From NCBI RefSeq assembly GCF_018350175.1, contig NC_058369.1, positions 27,282,001 to 27,346,000 of the forward strand: a stretch of 64,000 bases of DNA. The letters run 5' to 3'. Positions 50,031-62,930 of the stretch are shown piece by piece. Origin of the DNA: Felis catus (taxonomy: Eukaryota). The notes under the pieces are model-generated. The model had not been told where the DNA came from. It did no database searches and was given only the letters and a program-made list of their open reading frames with translations. How positions within the stretch are numbered: the first letter of the stretch is position 1; every line of letters starts with the position of its first letter. The translations under genes were made by a program, and so were the position numbers.

Positions 50031-52339
50031 GTTCACAATGACTGTTCACAAGCTAGGAGAAACCAATCCTTTCATAACTGCCAGAGGGAATTCTGTGGTA
50101 GTAGATACAGATTTTGATAACTTGGTAATTCATTCTTTTAATAAATACTTAGGACTGGTAATGTTTTAGAGAATAATCCAGGTGCCTAGGAAGGAAGTGG
50201 CCTTGGGAAACTTTTCCAGAAGGGACAAAATAAAAAGTGTGAAGGAGGTTTTAACCAGGGAAAACAGTGGCTTGCTGAAAGTTCAACTCCTCTTTTGTGG
50301 TAGGGAGGAGGTAAACAGAGGGAATACCCTCTTTATTTTATTTTCTCAGCACACAGACACCCTTTCCCTAGTGACAAGTTCTCCCCAAAAGCATCTCTGG
50401 CCCAAATAGGACTATCTCTCATGAGTCAGTCCCAGCTTCATTGCCCTCAAGGTACGGGCTGCAATGGACGAAGCAGAATATTTAGCATTCCCAATCTTGG
50501 AGTAAGAAAGCTTAATGTCTTCTTTAGCCCCTGGAAACTCTTGAGGAAATAGCTGGGGGCTGCAGCCACCAGTAGTCAAAGGGCTCAGCCCCTGGTCAGC
50601 TGCCATCTCTCACTCTGAGGCCTGTCAAGAAGGCTGGCTGTCATCTGAAATTTGGCCTCAGCTTCTTTGTCTTCCTGGGTTGCTGCAGTTTTAATGCCTA
50701 TTTTCAGAAGCAGGTTGAATCTGAGATGCACAGTCTGCTGGCCGGCTTGGCTTCTTATAATTCAATGATTCATTTCAAAACTTCACCTGGTGAGTCTCAA
50801 GGAATCAAGCTTAAGGGTAGCATTAAGCTGTATATGAGGCTTTGTTCTTCTCACTTTTGGCTAAATTAGAATCCATTTGTCTTGGACTTAACCCTAAGCC
50901 TTCCTACCAGAACTTACCAGGATCTTTTATTTCTGAACAGAATTTAAATTTTCTTTTAAACACAAGTCCTAGAGAGGGGCCTTTGTTTTCCAAATGTGCA
51001 GTTGGTTTCTCGGACAGCTGGCAGTGCTCTTCCTCCCTCCGCCCCCATATGGCTGTCACTTTCTTTTCCTGCAGGTCTCAGCTTCAAAGCCAAATGCCCA
51101 TGGTGGGGCCTTTGTTCAGGACTAGCCCCTGGATGTGCCGGTTTTTGAGGCACCCATCCACCTCCCGGTCCAAAAGAAAAGCCAAATCAAGTGCCTGTAT
51201 TCTGGAATATGTGAACCATTTTAAATCCTAGTATTTGTGCAGAACAGCGTATAATACAATGAAACTCAAATTCATTTACTCAAAAGATGATGGAGACTAT
51301 TTTGTGAAAGAATGTGTAACATAATGTGGGCTGGGGGTGTGTTCCTGGCATGCACGCTCAATGAGAGTTGCAAGATGTGATCATCATTCAGTCCTATCAG
51401 GTTCACTCTGTGCCTTTGTGCGGACCCTCATCTGGAGGTGCCATTAACATTGGCCATGTGAGGCCCTTTGAAAGAAGAGGCACAGCCAAACACCTTGCTG
51501 CTGCTTCTCTGTGGCCAAAAGGTCTTTGTCTTCCCCACTGCTTTCCAGAACAGTGTGCTGCGTATTTCCTTTATAGTATGTTTTCCGATTTGCAATTATC
51601 TTACTTAATTTACCTATTTGCATTCTGCCTGCCCCTCCCACTAGACTGTAAGTTCCCTGAAATCGTATCTTCCTCCCTGAGAGTGGGGTGGAGGCAGTAC
51701 TGGTCACCATCATGTTCTTAGTCCTTGACCCCCAGTGGACCCTGTGGGTGAGAGAGTGATGGAGCCTGTCCAGTGGTGGGGATGGATGTCTGTGGGTTGT
51801 CTGCGGCACGCAAGGGCATATAGGATGGTCTACCAAGCCCTGCCATGTTAGACAGGAGTTCAACACCAAAGCCAACCACCTGGTCTGGCAACTGAACCTA
51901 CATGTGTTTGCTCACTGCTGCCTATGTTCAGCTCCTCTTGGCTGGCTGGCTCCATGGCTGAGCTAAGATTATTCAGTTTTAACATTCTGAATGTGATGAA
52001 CCATGTAAATCTTGTGTCCCTTCACCTTTGTTTTCCTCTTGTTCTCCTTTCATTCCTGTTTTTGAGCTTATGAGGTGACTCATCTCTAAGTCTCCCTGGG
52101 TTCCACTGTCTTTCTATTCCCCCAGAATCCCTTTTCATTAACTCCAGCCATCACGGGGACTTGACCTGTCTCTCTGGGTCCCTGTGGTCAGTGCGGGGCA
52201 TGGGTTGGCAGGGAGCCCGGTATCTGGGACTCCTCTGCTAGTGATCTTCCACTCCATCGCATCCATGAGCTCCCCAGCTGATTGCATTGTTTGGTCTTTG
52301 AATGTTCAGTGAGTATTTAAATCAACCTAGAGATGACAC

Positions 52340-52570
52340 ATATGACTTCTGGAAGCAGGCAGCCTGGGTTTGAATCCCAGCTCTGCCCTTAAGTAGCTCT
52401 GAGTCTTTGTGCAAGCTGTTTAACCTTGCTGTGCCTCAGTTTTCTCACCTATAAAATAAGGATAGAAATCGTATCATCCTCACAGAGTGTTGTGAGGATT
52501 AAATACATTAATATGAGAAATCACATAGGACAATTTCTGGCATACAGCAGTGCTACTATGGGTCAGCTTC
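52340..52570 (+). mobile_element. MIR
   Basis: GCCTGGGTTTGAATCCCAGCTCTGCC...CTGTGCCTCAGTTTTCTCACCTATAAAAT...GTTGTGAGGATTAAAT. Confidence 0.88.
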
Positions 52571-53929
52571 TTTATCATTCACACATTTGCACATTCAGCT
52601 CAGGAATAGTCTCTTAAAGAGTCCTCTTGCTGGGTGCTGGGTTATCTATTGTGTGTGAGGTTTTCTGTGTATAATGGCAATTGTTTGTTTAAATGAGGGC
52701 TTGGCCTGAGCTGATGCCTGTAGAGAAGAGCTGGAGCCCTTAGCAGTGACCCCTGGGATGATCCCATCTCCTGCCTGGTCTCAGTGGTGCAGAACACCAG
52801 CTGCAGTGCTCAGGGTGCCTCTCTTCCTGATGGCCATGTTGCCTAATGGCTGGCTGAGGACTTAGGGACAGGAAAAGAAACAGTAGAGGAAGCCTAGAGC
52901 CCGTGGAGGCCTGAGCTCAAGCCAAGGTCAGGAAGCAACAGGCTGTGATGAACTATCAGGCTGGGAATGGAAGCAAATGCCAAGGAGCAGCATGATTAGT
53001 ACATCAGGCTGGCTCCCTGCTACATCGTTGTCTGATTCAGGAGTAGCAAAGGCAGGTGTTGTCTTGAGAGACAGGCCAGGGCCAGATGCCACATGCCCAG
53101 CAGCATGGCAGTGGGATCCAAGCTGTGACCATCCAGAGACCCTTAGCAATGACCAACTCCTCCATGCCTCTTGGATCTTAAACCAGTGGGCCTACTGCTC
53201 TCAGCCCCATTGCAGTTTTACCACTAGGGTATTTATGTGGCTGTGGGCAGCTTCCCCCAAGCAGTTCTCACAAGAAGCCAGAAGATGGCGCACTTTCTCC
53301 TATGTTCCAGCCAGAGGTTCTCAGCTGGCGACGAGTTTTCGCTGCTAAGAGCCAGCGATAATAAATACCTGTAACATTTTGAATATAAAATGTAGTAGGC
53401 AAAATACATTGGAGGCTGCAGGTTGGGATGGCAATTTATTTATTTATTTTATTTTACAAACACAAGATGAAACATACATTAGAATTTACAAAAATATTTT
53501 ATATGTATTATTTCACCAAAAACCCATCAAAATAGATTTTACCCCTTTTTTGAAAAATGGGTAGGATATATCTGAGTCCTCTATCTGTATCTGATTGTAA
53601 ATCTTACATTGGCTCACTCGATCCTAAACTATGTGACAATATTACCATTGCTATAATGATATTGGTAATAAGAGCAGAAATAATGGACTAGGCATTTTAC
53701 ATGTATTGTCTTGTTTAACCCACAGAACAACATCACGAGGCAAGAATCACACAGTGGCTGTATAACTCACAGTAAAATTCCTCGTCTCAGATAAAAACAT
53801 GGCAACCTGCCCCTTTTGCTTAGACAGTAATTCTGCTCCTACTTCAGTACTGTGTCCTGCTTACCTCCTGATAGAGGAGATACATGTAACACAGGGAAGA
53901 TGATACATTAACAGTAGCAACAATGACAG

Positions 53930-54140
53930 GTATCATTTATTTACCTCTTATTATGGGCCGTATCCTATCCTTAGGGAATGTTTAAAACCTCACAATAACA
54001 TTAGTAAGAAGGAACACTTGTTAATCACCACCTCACTGATGAGAGAAATGAGGCCCAGAGAGGTTTAGTAACGTTTCTAAAGTCACAAAGCTAGCAAGAA
54101 GCTGTTAACTCCACAGCAGGGGCTCTTACATCAGCCACTA
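53930..54140 (-). mobile_element. MIR
   Basis: GATGAGAGAAATGAGGCCCAGAGAGGTTTAGTAAC...AAGTCACAAAGCTAG. Confidence 0.72.
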
Positions 54141-55219
54141 AGTTAATGGCCTTCAGAACGTAATTACCTGAGTGAATTTGCCCTCTGTTGACTTCTTAGT
54201 TTCATGGCAATGTCTTCATTAGTGCAATACCCTGTTCTCCAACTCTGTGGGAATTTGTGTTTTTGTTTGTTTGGTTTTTTGTTTTTGTTTTTGTTTTTTG
54301 AGGTGGATTTTCCTCTTCGTTTATGTCCATGCAACTGCCAAATCAAAAATACAGCCCCAGTTGGTTAGTCCAGATTGGTGTTTGGAACACACTCCATATT
54401 CCAGGATGACTCCATATTTCTGAATTACTAAGGGGATTTGGTCATTTGGCAGAGCAAGTGGGCTTGCAAGATGTTGGCCTTGGCATTGAGTCTGTCTTCT
54501 CTGTCTCAGAGGAAAAGCGCACTTAGCTCCCTTCTTCAGGAGTTTGAGTCAGCGCTGGGCTCAGAGAGTCCTGTCCCTGCAGCCTTAACTTAGGCCTCTC
54601 GTTCTTTCTCCCTTGTCTCCTTGCTTCTCTTTCTTTCTACTCCCCTTCCCTGCACTGCGTTTTCAGACACATCTGGGTACCTCATTTGGATGAGGAGGGA
54701 CTGGCAAGGTATGCGTTTCAGCTTCCCTTGTGCCATCAAACTTTTTCTTGTTAGCACTTGGATTTTGAAAGGGCGTCGCTGGCATCTAGGATGGATTTTT
54801 GTCAGAAGAGCTTATTTTCAGGCCTGGTGAAAATTTCTACCTGGAGAAGACAGCTGTCTCTTCCTAATTCAACAAATAGTGCCTAATGCCTGGTTATAAA
54901 TCCTGTTGCTCTGCAAATGGAGCTGTTGGTGGCATCCTTGTTACCCCCACTCTGCCTTCCTGAGTGGCTTCGTCCCCCTTCCCCAGGCTCGGCTTAACTG
55001 CTTCTTTCCTCTCTTACCCTTCCAGACTGTCTGGCACCCAGAAAGGCATCCTGTTTTGGGGGTTGCCTGTCAAGTGGAGGTGGTTGGGTGTTGGTGCAGA
55101 GCATATCCTGGCGCTAAGGGAGGCCGCAGGAGGCAGGAGGTACAAGACGCTTGCTTCTTCCTCAGTGGTGGCAGAGGAACATTCCCCAGAGTTGTTCCAC
55201 AGAGTGGTATTGGTGGCTT

Positions 55220-55222
<3 letters not shown>

Positions 55223-55264
<42 letters not shown>
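55223..55264. repeat. (AC)n microsatellite
   Basis: Direct reading. Confidence 0.98.
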
Positions 55265-55266
<2 letters not shown>

Positions 55267-55449
55267 TGCCACCACTGAGAAGGAAAATGGTTTCCTGCTC
55301 AAGCAAGTCCTAGGAGCACTGAATTAAAGTGATTTCTTTTAGGGCTCATGAGTCTAAAATGGGGCCATAGCTTGGACTGTTTCCCCATTTTGTAGGCCAA
55401 AGAATCCCTTCTAGCAGGCTACTTCATGGGGCCAGTAGTCTACACAGCA

Positions 55450-55633
55450 CATACTGATGTGTTAAGGGGCATGAAGTATGCAACCTACTCTCAAATAATT
55501 GATGAAAACATATACTAATATGTATATTAGTGAGATACAAATGTAAAAAAATGGTGAATTTGGGTGAAGACTCTTAAGAGTTCTTTGCATTTTTTGTTGC
55601 AGTATTTAGTAAGTTTGAAATTACTTTAAAATA
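55450..55633 (+). mobile_element. L1MC/ME 3'-terminal fragment
   Basis: TGCAACCTACTCTCAAAT...TGGTGAATTTGGGTGAAG...GTAAGTTTGAAATTACTTTAAAATA. Confidence 0.65.
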
Positions 55634-56706
55634 TTGTCCAAGAGGGTCATTACTTAGAGACAAGATTCCCCTCTGAGATGCAGAACAAGCAAACACACAG
55701 CACCCAAACCAAGGTCCTGTAGAAATCGGGGTGCAGATTTGCCTCTGGTTCCAGTGCTCCATGAGGTCACTCTCTGGAGCTGGATGAAAAGCCAGGTGTC
55801 CTGAGCAGGTTTGGGATGCGAGGTCTTAGCCTGTTTTTCCCTTGGGAGGCATGGAAGGTCCCGGTGGTTGGAAATGTGACTGGGGAGGAGAAAGAGAGCA
55901 GAGGCAGCCCAGCACAGCAGCCACAACAGCGGAGGTTGGGAGGCCCTTGTACCTCCCTTAGAGATTCTGCATGTTTTGTGAATGCTAAACTTATTGCAAA
56001 GTATATGAATTCCAACCTAGCATTCTTAAATCTCCTGATTCTATGAATATGACATAAAAGCCTAAATGATCAAATTCTATGATCATTTGTGATACCACGG
56101 TTAAAAATTGGCCACCCAGACAGTTCCCCCAAATAGTGCTTCACATTTGTCCTTGGATGGATCTGTGAGCTCCTGTCCCCAGTCTGCATTCCCTGCTCCA
56201 ACTCTCCATATCCCTTACTACCAGACTGACCACTGGGTGCAAACTTCCTGCCATCAGGGTCTACCTTGAGAACTCCGATGGGGCCAATTCTGTGTGTTCC
56301 TAAGGCTCTCACTCCCATAGGTGCCAGGGTATGGCTGGCACCATACATTGGTGAGAAGAACCTCTCTCCTCAAAGCCTGCCATATTTTGTCACTTGGACC
56401 TCAAGGCCACCTTGCTTATGCCTAGAGTCTCTCCATTTATTCCAGGAACTGTGATTCTGCTTTGAGCTAGAATTTTGCCCAGCCTCACATTGGAAGCAAT
56501 AAGTACACAAATAAATAAAAAATAAAACAGACAAAAGACAAAAATGATTTTGTCCATCACTTTTCTGATAGTAGAATCTCAAACTCAGCCCATTACAGGA
56601 ATTGGGGACACACCCAACACTTTGTACTTCTTCCCCTCCTGTTTGTCCCAGCCCAAACTCATCTTTGTACCCAGACAGAACATATGTTGTGTGCTCCTTC
56701 TATGTT

Positions 56707-56918
56707 GGAGTGCCTGGGTGGCTCAGTTGGTTAAGCATCTGACTCTTGATTGTGGCTGAGGTCATGATCTCACAGTTCACGAGTTCAAGCCCTGACTTGG
56801 GCTCTGTGCTGACAGTGTGGAGCCTGCCTGGGATTCTCTCTTTCCATCTCTCTGTTCCTCCCCTGCTCATGCTCTCTGGTTCTCAAAATAAATTAATTAA
56901 AAAAATTAAAAACAAAAA
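56707..56918 (+). mobile_element. CanSINE
   Basis: GGAGTGCCTGGGTGGCTCAGTTGGTTAAGCATCTGACTCTTGA head, A-rich tail. Confidence 0.92.
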
Positions 56919-57054
56919 CCTGCTATGCATATTTAGACAGTGGATTTAAACAGCTCTCAGAAGATGGTGGTAGAGTAAAAATAATCCCAGAAATTGTAGA
57001 CATCCCAACTAAGTGAGCACATACCCTATCCCCCCTTTTTTTTGCATCCAATTC

Positions 57055-57245
57055 AGTGCTGAGTGCTTTATATGATTGATGTCATTCAGTCCTTCTAATC
57101 ACTAAGTTCTGGTGTTATCTCTATCTTCCCCATGAGAAAACTAGGAGGGTAAATCACTCACTCAGGATCTCACAGTTAGCAAGCACTGGGGCCTGAGCAA
57201 CTATCCATCGATGTCTGACTCCAGAGCCTGTGTCTTTAACCCACT
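57055..57245 (-). mobile_element. MIR
   Basis: GTGCTGAGTGCTTTATATG...CACAGTTAGCAAG...GTCTGACTCCAGAGCCTGTGTCTTTAACC. Confidence 0.7.
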
Positions 57246-60037
57246 TCATGATTTTGATTCCCTTTCTCCAAGCTACAGAATTGATGGGGAGGGGATAGGT
57301 ATTGTCTTCCAGTATCTGGGTTCTGAGGAAGGCTCCCCCAATTGACCTGTTCCCTATCATACCCACCAGGAAATATTGTGGGATCTTTCTGAGTTAGAAT
57401 TACTTGCACCCATGACTGTTACAAATCTTAGCGTGAAGTTTTAAAAACATCCACCTCTGAGTAATCTAAAGGAAGCCAGAAAAATACCTAATTCATTCAC
57501 AATTGGCATTTGAAATACTGAAATACATGAAATACATGAAGTGTTTTGGGAATAGTAGACCCTCTTCCTCTATTTTTTTGGCCCTGGCTGATATTAAACT
57601 GTGTTTGCCTTCCCTGGATTTCACTGAGTCCAAGGAAACATGAGTAGCTCAAAACCTGTTGAGTCACCAAGAAAAGTTGGTTCAGGAGTGAAAATCTGTA
57701 ATAGAAAACCTGCCATTAGATTATTCAGAAATGGATAACCTAGTTGCACATGCTTCTTGCTAAATGGGTTTCAGGTGAGAAACCTGTTGCTTCTCTGTGC
57801 GGTTCAATGTCCAATCCATGCCTGAAAATATAGGTAAAATTTCTGTTCTGACAACACTCATTTATCCTCTGTTTAATACCTTAATTTCCTCTCAATTATG
57901 CTCAGACATTAACTAATACTGACTAACTACAACCCAAAATAATTATTGCTATCTGTTCCCTTTGTAAATATAACTTTAGCGCAGAGCGAGAAGAATAATG
58001 GCATATTTACAGAAGGCAGCTAATTAAACTGAGTTCCAATTGCTTTCACTTTGCCAGAAGGAGCCATTTTCACAGCAAAAATTGGGTGGATGCTTGCATG
58101 CTTACCACGAACAACTCAAGGTAACATAATTCAGAGTTCCCAAGACAAAAATTCAGCACAAGACAAATTTACACAAGCAATAACAATCTCATTAAGGAAG
58201 ATATGAAGATCTTTTTACTACAGCCCAACAGTTAAAAGGGGTACCGTTTTGGTGGGTTTATTTAAGGAATAGTATATATTTCATTGTTTCATAATGGTAG
58301 TAACTGCAAGAGACTCTTAGACAATTCTTGAAGAACACTTTCATTTTTGAATCTTTTTTTCCAGTTTATGAAACCACTTCACCATTCTCCGCCTCTTAAC
58401 TTCTAAACTTTTTAACGGATCCAAGCATTGTTGAGCCCATTGTTGAAATTGTGAGTCCTCCCTCTGCTTCTCATTTATTCCATGAATTTCGTCTTAAACA
58501 CAGCTTGACCTCTCATATAGAGTTATGGGTTTCTAGTCATGTAATTTCTGGAGTTTTGTTGAGCTCGTTAGTATCAACCACATGAGTGGAATTCCTCAGA
58601 CAAATCTAGATTTGAAAGCACGTCTTAAGTTGGCCTTCTCCTCTGGGTTTATTCAAACACAAACCAAAGGTGAACCATGGCCTCCCAAAACAACCAGAAA
58701 AGCAGACATACCTGGCGTTGCATAGATGCCAGGTTCCATCTCGGTAAGGAAGAGTGTTTTCCTTGTTCTAGCCTTGGTTCCATCTCGGTGAGGAAGAGTT
58801 TCTTTTCCTTGTCCTAGCCTTGGGAGAGAAACTCCGGAACAGAGGAAGTCTGGTGCTTTCAGACTTGTAGCACTGACAACACCTTTTCAATTGCATTACT
58901 TCACTCTGTTTCTGAATGCTGTGATGATTTTTCTTCCTGCCTGTGTGTCATTCCTGAATGTGCTTCTATGTACTGGAAGTAGTGATTTGGCAGGCATCGG
59001 CACTTTTTCCATGTTTAATTAATTCCTCTAATTTTGTGGTAAATGAGAATAATGGGGCTTAATTTTGCTATTTATGTAAAATTGATTGGTAATTATGGAG
59101 AGCACAGGAGATTTGGCTTTACAAACGAAAATTAAGTGACCTCTCCATCATGGTGCCTTGGCATGCCTCATTCACTCGTAGGAAAAAGCAGAAATGGCAG
59201 CAAAGCAGATGTTGAATGGGAGATGAATGTAGGTTTTCTGACTTCTGCAGAAGTTGAAACATGGAAATCTGTGGGGTCTTGTTTAAAGACCTAAATGAGC
59301 TCAAACCCAAATCATCTCAAAGAGAACATATGAAGGACAGAAGCCTGTTTGGGTTTTACCATCTCATATTTGGTATGGTTGGTCACTTTAATTCCAATAT
59401 ATTCTAATCTATTGTGCTCTGATCAAAGGATGGATAGTGAGTGGGGGGAGAAGAGGCCTTATATCGAAGTGATCTATGCTAGAGGCAGATATCATAGAAG
59501 AGAGTCTCAAGATGGAAAGATTTTAGAATTATTTTTTTCTCTTGAAACTTTAGATACAACTCCAGATGATCCTTGATTCTCAGTAAATGATACTTATATT
59601 GTATGCAATGAGAAACAATTTCCTATAGGTAGAGATCTAGGTATACATGTCTGTATCTACATGGCTCTTTCTTTCTCTCTCTCTCTCTCTGTATATACAC
59701 ACACATTTCATCTTTGCTTTCTATCCAAGAAGACTTAAGCACCCTACCATAACAATGAGAATTCTTATCATCCCCAACTATCAGGAACTAGTTGTTATCA
59801 TGATGGGATTTGTTTGTTAAATAAGGCAAAAGAATTTGGTTTTGCTTCTGTTTGGCACCACCAAAACTCAATTCTTTGATGGACAACATTAAAATTATAC
59901 CTAGATGGCAAGGCATGTACGTTTACTCTGGTAGGGACATGGCAGACATTGAATTCTAGAATCTGATGTCCAGCCACAAAGATCGGCAACATCGATTCAT
60001 GTTATTTAGCCACATAGAGCTATTAAAAATTATTGAC

Positions 60038-60250
60038 GGGGATGCCTGGTTTGCTTAGTTAGGTAAGCATCCGACTTCGGCTGAGGTCATGATATCGCAT
60101 TTCACAAATTCAAGCCCCACATTGGGCTCTGTGCTGACAGCTCAGAGCATGCAGCCTGCTTCAGATTCTGTGTCCCCCTCTCCACCCTCTCTCTGCCCCT
60201 CCCTTGCTCAAGCTCTCTCTCTAAATATTTAAAAATAAAAATAAAAAAAA
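60038..60250 (+). mobile_element. CanSINE
   Basis: GGGGATGCCTGG head, GGGCTCTGTGCTGACAGCTCAGAGC, A tail; ATTGAC on both flanks. Confidence 0.92.
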
Positions 60251-61284
60251 TGCATTGACAATATCTTAATCAGCTAATGTTAATTACACATTATAAATCT
60301 TTAAGAGTTCTGAGAAGAATAGTTTAATATATGTGACATTGAAATAAGTAGGATGCTTTTATCTCAGTTCTGCCCTTAAGGTATTTGCCTGATTTTGCAT
60401 TACAATGAAACATACAGAAATATCTGGTAGTACCTATTTTCCCCTAAATTAACTTTTTTCTCCAATGAAGAAATTCACCATACCTGTGCTTTGTAAGTCA
60501 ACGTGAGGTTACAGGGAAATTCATGTTTAAGAGAGCCTCTGCCTCTAGCTGAGAACAAGAGCAGACTGTCCAGAACTCAGTGCCAACAGGATGTGCCCGG
60601 GTTTGGTAATTCCCTGGCCATCGTCCATTTAGAATCCTATCACTGTGGATCAGGCTGAGCATTCTAAGTGCTTTAGAACATTCCATCCACCGAGGTTTAA
60701 GGTAGAAAACGGAGTTGAGACAACAGAGAAGCCTAGGGGATCAATTGAAAATATCACTACAAAATGAAAAATATTTCCTTAGCTTTTTTTTTTTTTTTTT
60801 TTTATTGATGCCACACCTGTGGTCTCCCAATATAGTTTTGATATCATTAAAACTCAGGGACATGCATTGCCATCCTGAAAAACAAATTTAAAAAGTACCC
60901 AGGCAAAAACCCAAATTCATTCTTTGGGATTTGCTTTCTTCCTCTCAAAAACCTACTTTATGGTAGGCCAAATCAAATAATCATTGCTTGTTAAAACTTT
61001 GGGGAAGATAGGTGGCAGCAGTAAAATGTTTGGATTTTCCTAAATCATCACATATAATTGGAGAAATTAGTTAGAAAAACCAAATTCATGATTTCAGAAG
61101 AAATTGAGGTGGTGAGGTGTGCCCCAACCCACAGAATACAAGCAGGTATTACCATCTGTGTGAGAGAAAACAGTGGAAAGCAATGGGGTATCTGTCAGAC
61201 CTGAAAACAAGAGAAAGAAACCCTGAAAAAGCCAACAGATACTAACTGAAATGCATGTCAGGCCAATTTTAAAATGGCAGTTAA

Positions 61285-61508
61285 GGGGTGCCTGGGTGGC
61301 TCAGTCGGTTGAGTGTCCGACTTCGATTCAGGTCACGATCTTGCAGTCCATGAGTTCAAGCTCCGCGTCGGGCTCTGGGCTGATGGCTCAGAGCTTGGAG
61401 CCTGCTTCCGATTCTGTGTCTCCGTCTCTCTCTGCCCCTCCCCCATTCATGCTCTGTCTCTCTCTGTCTCAAAAATAAATAAACGTTAAAAAATTTAAAA
61501 AATAAAAT
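61285..61508 (+). mobile_element. Felid CanSINE
   Basis: Near-consensus body; TSD AAAATGGCAG(T/C)TAA at 61271-61284 and 61509-61522. Confidence 0.95.
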
Positions 61509-62244
61509 AAAATGGCAGCTAAAACTGGCACTGATTTTGCTGTATCCCATAACAGGAGGGTGCTTGTTAGGTATGAAGGAGCTAAGACAGAAGTCTTGTC
61601 TGTATGAACTCTCAAAATTAACCCCCCCAGGGTCCTTTCAGAATATGGCTCTACATCAAGGAGAAATTGCTGGGAATGGAATAAAAATTGACCAGGAGAG
61701 ATAAAAATATGAGGAACAGAGATAGGAAATCTAAAAAAAAAAAAAAAAAAAAAAAGAGGCAGACCACTATGTTTTCAATACAACATTTAATAGTAAATGA
61801 AAGTACTTAATACTATATAATACTACAGTAAGTAGTAGTCCAGCTGAACTTCATAATTTGAGTTCACAGAAACTAATTATGAGTAAAAGAAAAGTATTCA
61901 GGTTAAGTCTCACACAAAGTTGTGATAAGAAAAAAAGAAAATAAGTAGTAGATTATATTCTTCCAGAGGATAAAGCATGCCAGAATATGCTCAAAAAACA
62001 GATTAAAATTGTGAAATTTTATTGCAAAACAATCTAAAAGACACTAAGAAAATGATAAAAGACATGAAAATATGACATCAATCAAAATAATAATTGAATG
62101 TAGATGACAGTTTAAAAATTAGAAATAAAAATTTAAAGAATTTGGAATTAGTGGCCATACTAGAAGGAATAAAATAATAAATAAACACAATAAATAACAT
62201 CTAAGAAAAATAGTAGGTGCAAAGAAGGATGTTTTTAAAAATAG

Positions 62245-62482
62245 GGGGCGCCTGGGTGGCGCAGTCGGTTAAGCATCCGACTTCAGCCAGGTCACGATCT
62301 CGCGGTCCGTGAGTTCGAGCCCCGCGTCGGGCTCTGGGCTGATGGCTCAGAGCCTGGAGCCTGTTTCCGATTCTGTGTCTCCCTCTCTCTCTGCCCCTCC
62401 CCCGTTCATGCTCTGTCTCTCTCTGTCCCAAAAATAAATAAACGTTGGAAAAAAAAAATAAATAAAAATAATTAAAAAAAAA
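62245..62482 (+). mobile_element. Young felid SINEC_Fc-type CanSINE
   Basis: CpG-rich near-consensus body (GGTCACGATCTCGCGGTCCGTGAGTTCGAGCCCCGCGTCGGGC), long A-rich tail. Confidence 0.96.
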
Positions 62483-62706
62483 CCCAAAGAGATACAAAGG
62501 ATTTATATGAGATTGACAAATATCAGAGATAGGCAAAAAATGTTTTAACTCTATAGATAATAGGAGTTCCTGAAAAAGGATACTGCAGCAAGGGAGCAGA
62601 GCAAATACTAAAAGGGATAATCAAGAATATTTTTTTTCTTGAGTCAAAAAAAAAAAAAAAACCCAAACAAACAACAATGATGACAACAACAACAACAAAA
62701 TGAGGA

Positions 62707-62930
62707 GGGGCACCTGGGTGGCTCAGTTGGTTGAGCATCAGACTCTTGATTTTGGCTCAGGTCAGGATCCCAAGGTCATGAGATCAAGCTCCGCATCAGG
62801 CTGCGAGCTGACAGTGTGTATCCTGCTTTGGTTTCTGTCTCTCTCCCTCTGCCCCTCCCCAGCTTGTATGCATGCATGCATGCATGCACACACTCTCTAA
62901 CATAAACAAACAAACAAACAGACAAAAACC
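62707..62930 (+). mobile_element. CanSINE with (ATGC)n run and (AAAC)n tail
   Basis: GGGGCACCTGGGTGGCTCAG head, TTTGGCTCAGGTCAGGATCCC. Confidence 0.92.

Noticed and set aside
55354..55395. Hairpin AAAATGGGG...CCCCATTTT as a possible pre-miRNA
   Set aside because: Stem too short for a Drosha/Dicer substrate.
52928..56454. Multiple 60-135 aa ORFs in GC-richer DNA
   Set aside because: No recognisable homology; some run through (CA)n; lengths fit chance.
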